Assembly: GCA_965248695.1 (NCBI GenBank)
Contig: CBDFKD010000002.1
Coordinates: 4,416,001 to 4,480,000, forward strand
Direction: 5' to 3'
Length of the DNA: 64,000 bases
Origin: Acidobacteriota bacterium
GTDB lineage: Bacteria; Acidobacteriota; UBA890; WLXD01
Both the position numbers and the translations under genes were made by a program. Each line of letters starts with the position of its first letter. Positions within the stretch are counted from its first letter, which is position 1. Below are positions 52,532 through 60,555 of this stretch, piece by piece. The notes beneath the pieces were generated by a model. The model was not told where the DNA came from. It did no database searches and saw nothing but the letters and a program-made list of their open reading frames with translations.

Positions 52532-53272
52532 ATGGACGTGAGCTGGCGGCGCCTGCTCGACGCACGGATGGATCGTGAGCTGGTCGTCTGCGCTGTCTCC
52601 GAAGGTGTGGGCACGTTCGTGCTGACGTTCTTCGGCGCGGCGGTTATCTGCACCGACGCGTACAGCGGCGGGCAGGTCGGGCTCGTGGGCATCGCGCTGG
52701 CGCACGGGCTGGTTCTGGCGGCCATCGTTAGCGCGCTCGGCCACGTGTCCGGCGGGCACGTCAACCCCGCGGTGACGATCGGGGCGCTGCTCGTACGGGC
52801 GATCGACCCACCACGGGCGCTGGTATACATCGGTGCTCAGCTAGCGGGAGCGATGGTTGCTGCGCTGATGCTGGCGGCCACCTTCGGGGCCGATGTTTGG
52901 CAGCCGGTGCACCTGGGCGCGCCAGCGCTGGGCCCTGGTGTGGAAGCCGGGACGGGTGTGTTCATCGAGATGGTGCTGACATTCGTTCTGGTACTTGTGA
53001 TCTTGCAGATGGCGGCCGATCCGCGCGCCCCTCGGTATGTGCATGGGCTGGTGATCGGGGCCACGCTAGCCGCTGCGATCCTGGTCGGGGGGCCGCTGAC
53101 CGGCGCGGCGCTCAACCCCGCGCGCGCGTTCGGGCCCGCCCTCGCGGCCGGATACTGGACCGCGCACTACGTTTACTGGGTTGGACCGATACTTGGCGGT
53201 GTCGTCGCGGCGGTGCTGTACGGCTATCTCAGCGCCGCCCGATCAACCGATGTCGGCGAGGAAAGCGATTGA
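52532..53272 (+). CDS. Aquaporin (MIP family)
   Basis: 'SGGHVNPAVT' and 'LNPARAFGP'; about six TM helices. Confidence 0.95.
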   Translation: MDVSWRRLLDARMDRELVVCAVSEGVGTFVLTFFGAAVICTDAYSGGQVGLVGIALAHGLVLAAIVSALGHVSGGHVNPAVTIGALLVRAIDPPRALVYIGAQLAGAMVAALMLAATFGADVWQPVHLGAPALGPGVEAGTGVFIEMVLTFVLVLVILQMAADPRAPRYVHGLVIGATLAAAILVGGPLTGAALNPARAFGPALAAGYWTAHYVYWVGPILGGVVAAVLYGYLSAARSTDVGEESD

Positions 53273-54693
53273 AGAGAGCGGCGGTAGGGGCGCTTGCGGG
53301 GGTCGTGAGCCTGACCATGGCGGCAACGGCGTGCGCACCGACTGCCCCCGAGGTGCCCGTTCCGCAGCGGCTGGTACTCATCACGGTGGACACGTTGCGT
53401 GCCGATCACATGTCGAGCTTCGACTACCCGATCGCGACGACACCGTTCCTCGATCGACTCGCCGCCGAGGGGACGCTGTTCACCCGCGCCTACGCCCACT
53501 CTGCCACGACCAAGCCGTCGCACGCTTCGATGTTCACGTCGCTGTACCCGGTGCAGCATCGAGTGCAGAACAACGGCTTGGTGCTCGACGAAGAATTCGA
53601 AACCATGGCAGAGCTGATGGCTGCCGCCGGCTACGAGACCGCCGCCTTCGTCAGCATCGATGCGCCCTTGGGTGGGAACGTTCGGCAGGGTTTCGAGGTG
53701 TGGGATCAGCACCGCGTAAACCGCGATCAGGAAGAAGGTCGGAAGATGTACCGCGCTGCCGGAGACACCGTCGACCGCGCACTAGCGTGGATTGACGAGG
53801 TCACCGCAGAAGGCCGCGATCACTTTTTCCTATGGCTGCATGTCTACGATCCCCACAAGCCGCTTCAGCCGCCGGCCGATGTTCTGGAAGAGGTCGAAGG
53901 GATGATCGCGGCCCATGGCGAGCAGGCCTATCGAGATCTTCTGATCAGCCGTGGTATTCCGGTCGGTGACGATCAAGACGCTGCCCGCAACGCTGTAGCC
54001 GCCTACGATGCCGAGATTCTCTACGCCGACCGTCAACTGGCGCGATTGTTCTCCCACCTGGACGCGAGTGGGCTCAACGACGAGGCACTCTGGATCGTTA
54101 CCTCCGATCACGGGCAGGGACTCGGGGCACACGAATGGTTCGGTCACTCCAAGCAGATCTACAACGCTCAGCTCTGGGTGCCGTTGTTGTTCTGGCAGTC
54201 AGAAAGCCCGGTGGGAATTCGAATCAGCGAGCGTGTAGTCCAGCACGTCGACCTGCTGCCGACGATCAGCGGCGTGTTCGGACTCACACCCAACCAGATC
54301 ATGCCCATGCAGGGGCGCTCGCTGGAGCGATATCTCGTTGGTGGGCGTCCGCGCCAAGCCGGGTGGTTCGCGTTCTCCGAGCGGAGCCTCTACGAGAATG
54401 CGTCGAGCAGGAGGCAGCAGCGTGGCAACTACGAGTCCGGCGAGCGATACGCGCTCCAGGACATCGAGTACAAGTACATGCTCTATTCCGACGGTGACGA
54501 CGAGTTCTACGATCTGCGGACAGATCCCTACGAGCTCGTCAACATGATCGACTCCCCCGAGCTCGCCGAACGGCGCGACCAGATGCGCGACGTGCTCGCC
54601 GGGCTGCTGGAGAACATGCCGAGCGAACGCCAAGCGCAGACCGTATCGCCGGAGGATATCGACCGCCTGCGGGACCTCGGCTACATCCAGTAG
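53269..54693 (+). CDS. Sulfatase-like hydrolase/transferase, lipoprotein
   Basis: 'ITVDTLRADH', 'TKPSHASMFT', 'DPH', 'SDHG'; C-terminal 'RLRDLGYIQ'; TTG start overlaps the aquaporin stop. Confidence 0.88.
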   Translation: MKRAAVGALAGVVSLTMAATACAPTAPEVPVPQRLVLITVDTLRADHMSSFDYPIATTPFLDRLAAEGTLFTRAYAHSATTKPSHASMFTSLYPVQHRVQNNGLVLDEEFETMAELMAAAGYETAAFVSIDAPLGGNVRQGFEVWDQHRVNRDQEEGRKMYRAAGDTVDRALAWIDEVTAEGRDHFFLWLHVYDPHKPLQPPADVLEEVEGMIAAHGEQAYRDLLISRGIPVGDDQDAARNAVAAYDAEILYADRQLARLFSHLDASGLNDEALWIVTSDHGQGLGAHEWFGHSKQIYNAQLWVPLLFWQSESPVGIRISERVVQHVDLLPTISGVFGLTPNQIMPMQGRSLERYLVGGRPRQAGWFAFSERSLYENASSRRQQRGNYESGERYALQDIEYKYMLYSDGDDEFYDLRTDPYELVNMIDSPELAERRDQMRDVLAGLLENMPSERQAQTVSPEDIDRLRDLGYIQ

Positions 54694-54859
54694 CGCGGGC
54701 CCCGCAAATACGGCCTGTTTTCGGGGGTCAAGGGGCGTGAAAGTGGGGTCTGAACCCATACTTTTGGCACGAAGTTGGCACTACGATCTTTTGGCGACAC
54801 GAGAGTTCGCGATGGGCGAGTGTGGGTTCTACGGTTTCTGCTGAGCGCCGCTACGGATT

Positions 54860-55029
54860 CGGCTCGCAAGACGCGGGTGATGACGGATCGCTATGTGCAC
54901 ATGACGGAGATGCATGCGGCTGAGGCGTTGGAGGTTCGCGAGACAGTGCGAGAGTTCCCCGGAGCGCGTGCAAGAGAAGCCCTAGCTCAGGGTCTCGGGA
55001 CGACTCCTAGCCGGGCCCAGGCTGCATGA
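54860..55029 (+). pseudogene. C-terminal fragment of a tyrosine recombinase
   Basis: 'KTRVMTDRYVH' resembles the box II GH...T..Y.H motif; the rest of the gene is absent. Confidence 0.45.
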
Positions 55030-55325
55030 CCGCTTTCTCCTTGGTGAATACGAAGACGTTGCTCACGTATGTCATCTGATCTCGCAAGCTGCGAAAGAAG
55101 TCTTGCCTGGGGTTGGGTGCCAAGGCGCGCGCAGCGACATAGCCGTGGACGTCAGCCACCTGGAGTAGCGGGTGCTTATGCCACTGAGCCGAAGGAACGA
55201 CATGCGGCTCAACGCGATAGTTGTGGCCCTTCGGCGCTCCAACCGCGGAGAATCCGGAGTAGCCTTTGTGGGCCTGGTAGCGTTTCTTCCCGTGCAGGAA
55301 TCTGATCTTCGTTGGGTCGGCCGAT

Positions 55326-56729
55326 GAGTTATTTGCAAATGTTGTGGATCGGTGGATTTGTTCAGGCGGCGTCTTCGCTAGCGATCAGGTGAACTCCATC
55401 GACGAATGTGGCGCCCTCGAGTACGAGGGCAGTGAGGTGAGGAGCGTTGATGCGGCGCCATCGTTGCTGTGCCATCTCCAGGAGCTTGAATGCCATCGTC
55501 AGCGCCTTGGTGCGTGAGCCGGCGCCCTTGGTGACGCGTTGTCTCAGGCGTACGGTGGCGAACGCCGACTCGATCGGGTTGGCCGTGCGCAGATGAACCC
55601 AGTGGTCGGCGGGGAAGTCGTAGAACGTCAGCAGCTTGTCGGAGTCGCGTTGCAACGACGCCACGGCCTTGGAGTACTTGGCGCCGTAGTCGGCTGCGAA
55701 CCGCGCCATGCCCTCCTGAGCATCCTCGCGCGTTGGCGCACCGATGATCTCGTGCAGCGCGCGCTTGGCTTTGGCCTGCAGCCGCCTCGGTAGCTTGTCG
55801 AGCACGTTGCCAAGCCGATGCACCCAGCATCGTTGCTCTCGAGTCTGGGGCCATACATCCCGCACCGCCGCCCAGAACCCCAGCGCCCCATCACCCACTG
55901 CCACGAGCGGCGCCCGCATGCCTCGACGCTTCAGCTCCCGGAGCACGAACGCCCAGCTCTCGGTGCTCTCTCGATACCCGTCCTCGACCGCGATGAGCTC
56001 CTTGGTTCCGTCCGGCAAAACGCCCAGGATCACCAGCGTGCACAGCCGATCATCCTCGAGTCGAATGTTGAAGTGCACACCGTCCGCCCACACGTATACG
56101 TACTGCTTGGTGGACAGATCCAGCTTCCGGAATGCCTCGTACTCCGTGCTCCAGGCGTTCGTCAGCCGGCAGATCGCCGATGCCGACAGCCCGCTGGCTT
56201 CCTGTCCCAGTAAGATCGGCAGCGCCTCCTTGAAGTCGCCCGTCGACAGGCCCCGCAGGTACAGCACCGGCAGCACCTCCGCCACCTTCGGCGAGCGCCG
56301 CATGTAGGGCGGCAGGATCCGACTGCTGAACCGCTGCCTCAGTCCCTGCTCGTCGAGCCGCTTGTCGTTGACCCGTGGCGCGGCTACTTGCACCGTCCCG
56401 CACCCCAACGTGATCTTGCGTGCGCGAGCCCGACCGTTGCGTACCACTTGCCGACGGCCGGCTTCATCCAGTTGCCCGGCGTGGCTCTGGATATACTCCT
56501 GAACCTCCCACTCCAGTGCTGTTGCCAGCATCTGCAGCGCGCCCTGCCGGGCGAGCTCATCGACGTCCAGTGTCAGCTGTCCTTCCTCCGCGTCCGATCC
56601 ACCGATAATCTTGAGCACGGGTGGCGTCTCCTTCCCGGCCTCCACAGCCGGCTGCTGGTTGTTGATGATCCCAGCGAAGGTTACGCCGCCTTTCTTTTTC
56701 CTCCCATCCACAACTTCCGGTTATATCTC
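55326..56729 (-). mobile_element. IS256-family insertion sequence
   Basis: Imperfect terminal repeats GAGTTATTTGCAAATGTTGTGGATCGG / GAGATATAACCGGAAGTTGTGGATGGG (19/27); no target duplication visible. Confidence 0.88.
55362..56618 (-). CDS. IS256 family transposase
   Basis: 'RNG', 'LYLRGLSTGD', 'WADG', 'GDGALG', 'QRCWVH', 'TANPIES'; AGGAG before GTG at 56618. Confidence 0.95.
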   Translation of the reverse strand: MLKIIGGSDAEEGQLTLDVDELARQGALQMLATALEWEVQEYIQSHAGQLDEAGRRQVVRNGRARARKITLGCGTVQVAAPRVNDKRLDEQGLRQRFSSRILPPYMRRSPKVAEVLPVLYLRGLSTGDFKEALPILLGQEASGLSASAICRLTNAWSTEYEAFRKLDLSTKQYVYVWADGVHFNIRLEDDRLCTLVILGVLPDGTKELIAVEDGYRESTESWAFVLRELKRRGMRAPLVAVGDGALGFWAAVRDVWPQTREQRCWVHRLGNVLDKLPRRLQAKAKRALHEIIGAPTREDAQEGMARFAADYGAKYSKAVASLQRDSDKLLTFYDFPADHWVHLRTANPIESAFATVRLRQRVTKGAGSRTKALTMAFKLLEMAQQRWRRINAPHLTALVLEGATFVDGVHLIASEDAA

Positions 56730-57397
56730 TGACCCACGCCAAAGGGGCGTTTGGGTGGGGCGTGAAGTTGAAGATGTTTGACTCCAACCCCGGTGCCGGC
56801 TTGGTGCCGCAATACGAGAAATCAGATCGCCGCGCACTGACCGAAGACGAGCGTAGCAAGGTCATCAACAACGCGGAGCATCGAGACTACTGGCTAGCCT
56901 ACCTATTCGCGGGTCTGAGGACATCGGAGTTTGCAGAGCTCCCGGTGGAGCACGTACACATCGACACACCGGGTCCGTATCTGTTCGTCATCGGCAAGGG
57001 CAACAAGGAACGCATCGTCCCTCTACAGGGTGCGCTCGCCGTCGGTCACTTCCGCAAACTCAGGGATGCTGCTGTGGTTCGCGGGGATTCGATGGTGTCG
57101 CCGGTTCGAGCAGCCACGTTGCAGAAATACTGGAAGAAGGATCGCGAGGCGCTAGGGCTTCCAAACGAGATCAAAATACACAACTTCCGGCACACCTACG
57201 GAACGTTCATGGCGCAGGAGGATGTGATTGGAACGCAGGCCGCGATGGGTCACGAGGACATCAAGACGACAATGGAATACGTGCATCAAGACGACCGGAA
57301 GATCCGCGAAGCATCGGCACAGTGGAGCGCAGTATTGAGTAGCGATACGCAGACTGATGTCACGAACTTGGCACTGGAGTCAGAAAAAGCCATATAG
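56730..57397 (+). pseudogene. Tyrosine integrase, 5'-truncated by IS256
   Basis: 'GLRTSE', 'GKG', 'HNFRH', 'GH', 'EYVH' all intact; the frame stays open back to the IS end ('THAKGAFGWGVKLKMFDSNP'). Confidence 0.85.
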
Positions 57398-57452
57398 GAC
57401 GGTTGGTCTGCGGCTACTTCTATAAACCGGTGTCAGCCGGGTCGCTGGATGG

Positions 57453-58292
57453 CTAGATGGTGACGCCGAAGCGCCCCTTGAGCGCGAACGCGATGGCGAT
57501 GGTCAGCAAGAAGAAGACGATCAGCCAGTCCGTCTCGTAGCCGAAGAGGCCAACCGTACGGGTCGGGTAGATGACCTCGATCTCACTCACCGCGCCGTCG
57601 GCGGGTAGGGAAGACTCGGCCGGGTAGAGCAGCAGATTCACGAAGCCCGGCTGCAACCGGTAGGGCGCTCGGCGCACCACGGCGTCGGAAACCACCACCC
57701 GCTTGCTGACCTGCTGGCCGGCTATGTCGAACTCGACCTCGTAGTCGCCCGGGGCGTCGGCCACGATGCGCCAGGCCAGTTGATTGCGCGTCTGGATCCA
57801 CACCCGGGGGCTGTCGAGGCGCAGCCCGGCGGGCAACGTCAAGGTGGCCGCCGGCGGCTCGGCGCCCGGCGCATCGCCGGCGAGGGTCACCTGCAGGATG
57901 GTGCGCTCACCCGTCTCCAGGCCGCGGTACCCGTAGTGGAACTGCAGCTGCGCGATGACGAGCACAAACGGCACCATCATGAACACCATCGGCACGAGGT
58001 TGAGGCCGAGGTAGGTCATGTTGTTGCGCAGAATGCCGCCCTGAGCGCGCAATATCGCCACGATGTCGTCGTTGAACAGACGGATCTCGAACAACCCGGC
58101 GGCGATCTTGCGCTTCACGGCCTCGATGGCGGGCTGATTCGAGGTGGTGCGGTACCCGAGCAGCATGAGCACGGCGCATCCGACGGACACGAGAGTCAAC
58201 CCGATCATCGGGTGCAGCTGCTGGAAAGGCCGCAACACGACGTCGAATAGGAGACGCAAGACGCCGTTCACGGCGCCGAAGATGGCGTTCAT
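57453..58292 (-). CDS. Membrane protein resembling DUF106/EMC3/TMCO1 (Oxa1 superfamily) with an inserted beta-rich domain
   Basis: Amphipathic N-terminus, TM1, helical hairpin, 'NLVPMVFMMVPFVLV' TM2, about 130-aa beta-rich loop, 'WLIVFF' TM3. Confidence 0.6.
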   Translation of the reverse strand: MNAIFGAVNGVLRLLFDVVLRPFQQLHPMIGLTLVSVGCAVLMLLGYRTTSNQPAIEAVKRKIAAGLFEIRLFNDDIVAILRAQGGILRNNMTYLGLNLVPMVFMMVPFVLVIAQLQFHYGYRGLETGERTILQVTLAGDAPGAEPPAATLTLPAGLRLDSPRVWIQTRNQLAWRIVADAPGDYEVEFDIAGQQVSKRVVVSDAVVRRAPYRLQPGFVNLLLYPAESSLPADGAVSEIEVIYPTRTVGLFGYETDWLIVFFLLTIAIAFALKGRFGVTI

Positions 58293-58312
58293 GGCGGTCG
58301 GTGGTTATCCGG

Positions 58313-58507
58313 TCAGGAGATGTAGCCGAGGCCCTGGAGCTTCTTGCGGATCTCTTCCTCGGAGTCGGCCTCCTCGAGAACCGCGAGCTCCTTTTCGAGC
58401 GCGTAGGTGATGAACTCCTCGACCGATGAGTAGCCGGCGATGTCGGCATACTTCCTCACGCGATCGAGCAGCCCTGTATCGAGCTGGATCTTCCCGCCTC
58501 CGAACAT
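58313..58507 (-). CDS. Small ribbon-helix-helix-like protein with C-terminal LxxLGY tail
   Basis: 'KIQLDTGLLDRVRKYA...GYSSVEEFITYALEKEL' plus 'EEEIRKKLQGLGYIS'. Confidence 0.8.
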   Translation of the reverse strand: MFGGGKIQLDTGLLDRVRKYADIAGYSSVEEFITYALEKELAVLEEADSEEEIRKKLQGLGYIS

Positions 58508-58536
58508 CGTGGTTCTCCCGCCTAGAGCCCGCTGGG

Positions 58537-60555
58537 CTAGTTGGATTCAACCGTCACCGGAGCGCTGCCGTCCGGAAATCCGTCGATGCCGTATTCGGCC
58601 AGTAGCGCCGCCGCCAAGTTCTGCAACGACGAGGCCGAGCGCGTCAGCGCCCGGTTGGTCGCCAGAACGCCGGGTACGTCCGTCGGATCCCAGATGTGGG
58701 AGCCAGACCAGTCGTCAGTGTTGTAGGTGATGGATTCCGCTGCCAGCCCGCCGAGAGCGCCGTTGCCGGAACCGCGGAAACCTGGCGCATAGCCGACGAT
58801 CAGGTCGGGCCCGACCTCGAGGTGGCCGCGGTCGTGGAAGTCGCGGTCGCGTAGGAAGACCTTGGTGACTGCATGCTCGCCGGTCGCCGGATCGACGGTG
58901 GCGAGCAGGTCGCGCTCGAGCTGGAGGAGCAACTCCTCGCGATCGCCCGGTGCGACCGCCCCCTGCGGCTCTCGACCGCGAATGTTGAGATAAAGCGCGC
59001 TGATGCCGACGCTGTATGCCTGCGTCTCACGCCAGTCGACGCCGGTGAAGAACTCGCGCACGGGCAGGCGCGTGCGGCGTTGCAGCGCCATGTAGCCGTT
59101 CTCGTGCAGCCACGTATTCAGATGGAACGTTCGCCGCCAGCTGCCGAACCCGTGGTCCGACATGATCACCAGCAGCGTGTCGTCCGAGATCCGATCGAGC
59201 GTTTCACCGACAAGGGCATCGAACTCTGCGTAGACCTGCGGAAGGACGTCCTGATAGGGGTCATGGAGGTCGCTCACGTAGGCGGGGTGCTCGGGGTCCC
59301 GTGTCAGGCCCCACATGACGTGTGAGAGCTGGTCGACGCTGCCGAAGTACGAGAACAGGAAGCCACCGTCCCAGTCGTCTAGCAGGAGCTTGAATTGCGT
59401 CGTCGTTTCGGCGCGCGTCAATGCCACCTGCTCCAAGAACTCATCGATGTCGAAGACACCCCACTGGATTGCCTTGGTGTCCTGCGGCATCTCCTGGGTG
59501 TAGTAGCGGCCGGTGGCGTCTACGAGGTCACTCGCGAACGACTCCGGATGCGAGATCGGCGACGCCGGGTTGGCAGGGTCGATCTGTATCGGCGTCACGT
59601 AGAGGCCGAAGTCCGGGCGCAATGACTTCAAGTAGAAGCGCACGGCGCCGGAGATCGACATCACGTAGGGCACCAGGTCGAAGTCGACGCCGACCCACGG
59701 GCTCCATTCTCCGACCTGGAGGATGAGCTCCTGATCGTCGATGACGATCTTGGCGACCGCGCTGTCCGGATCGACGAACACTTCGAAGTCGGCGCCGACG
59801 GCGTCGGATTCCTCCAGCGTGAAGGGATTGTCGGGGAGGGCATAGAGGGTGCCGTTGAACTCCCCATCGATGAGGTCGGCGGGGTAAATGTTGCCGCCGG
59901 AAACGTCCGACTTCATGAACTGGCGCCTATCCGTCGAGAAGAACGTGAACTCACCGGGCGTGCCGCCGAGATCGGGGGTGCCCATGCCGGATAGCTCTCG
60001 GGTACCGACGCCTACCGGCGGGAAATTGGCCGGCATTCGCACCAGCGTCGTGTCGATGCCGGCGTCGCTCAGCAGCTGCCAGAAAGGGGTGCCGTAACGC
60101 GCCAGCCGGATCTCGCCGCCGCTAAGTGGGAAAACCCATCCCCCGAGGCTGATGGAACGACCCACGGGTGCTTCCTTGGTCATCGATTGATATGGCCAGC
60201 CGAAGGGCAGCGGCGGTTCTCGCTCCAAGTCGCGATGCAGGAAGTCGAAGATGCCGTGGCCGCCCGAGTCCAGGCCGGTGATGAAGTTGGACCAGGCGAC
60301 CGGGCTCTGAGGTGTGACCGACGTCTCCAGGGGACCGAACGACCCCGATTCCTCGAGGCGTTTGAAATTCGGTAAACGCCCGGCGTCGATGAGCTCCCGA
60401 GTGAGGGCGTAGTCGAGGCCGTCGATGCCTAGCACGATCATGTCGGGCCCAGCCGACGACGTGCCGCTGCTGCAGCTGGCGATCGTCGTCGCTGTCAGCA
60501 CGACGATCGAGGCGAAGATCATCGGCGACGAGATGCGCCGGCGGCCGAGGCTCAT
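58537..60555 (-). CDS. AlkP-superfamily (NPP/COG3379-like) enzyme, predicted lipoprotein
   Basis: Lipobox 'IASC'; 'GIDG', 'PQSPVAWSNFITG', 'SDHGF', 'WSGSH'; ATGA overlap. Confidence 0.88.
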   Translation of the reverse strand: MSLGRRRISSPMIFASIVVLTATTIASCSSGTSSAGPDMIVLGIDGLDYALTRELIDAGRLPNFKRLEESGSFGPLETSVTPQSPVAWSNFITGLDSGGHGIFDFLHRDLEREPPLPFGWPYQSMTKEAPVGRSISLGGWVFPLSGGEIRLARYGTPFWQLLSDAGIDTTLVRMPANFPPVGVGTRELSGMGTPDLGGTPGEFTFFSTDRRQFMKSDVSGGNIYPADLIDGEFNGTLYALPDNPFTLEESDAVGADFEVFVDPDSAVAKIVIDDQELILQVGEWSPWVGVDFDLVPYVMSISGAVRFYLKSLRPDFGLYVTPIQIDPANPASPISHPESFASDLVDATGRYYTQEMPQDTKAIQWGVFDIDEFLEQVALTRAETTTQFKLLLDDWDGGFLFSYFGSVDQLSHVMWGLTRDPEHPAYVSDLHDPYQDVLPQVYAEFDALVGETLDRISDDTLLVIMSDHGFGSWRRTFHLNTWLHENGYMALQRRTRLPVREFFTGVDWRETQAYSVGISALYLNIRGREPQGAVAPGDREELLLQLERDLLATVDPATGEHAVTKVFLRDRDFHDRGHLEVGPDLIVGYAPGFRGSGNGALGGLAAESITYNTDDWSGSHIWDPTDVPGVLATNRALTRSASSLQNLAAALLAEYGIDGFPDGSAPVTVESN

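Noticed and set aside
52532-53272. Calling the aquaporin glpF because glpK and glpD are nearby
   Set aside because: Second motif is NPARA, not the NPARD typical of glyceroporins, and it is in a different operon on the other strand.
56762-57397. Calling the recombinase xerC or xerD
   Set aside because: It is 5'-truncated, sits in mobile debris, lacks the Xer-type 'LRHSFATH' and 'VQELLGH' motifs, and no dif-like site was seen.
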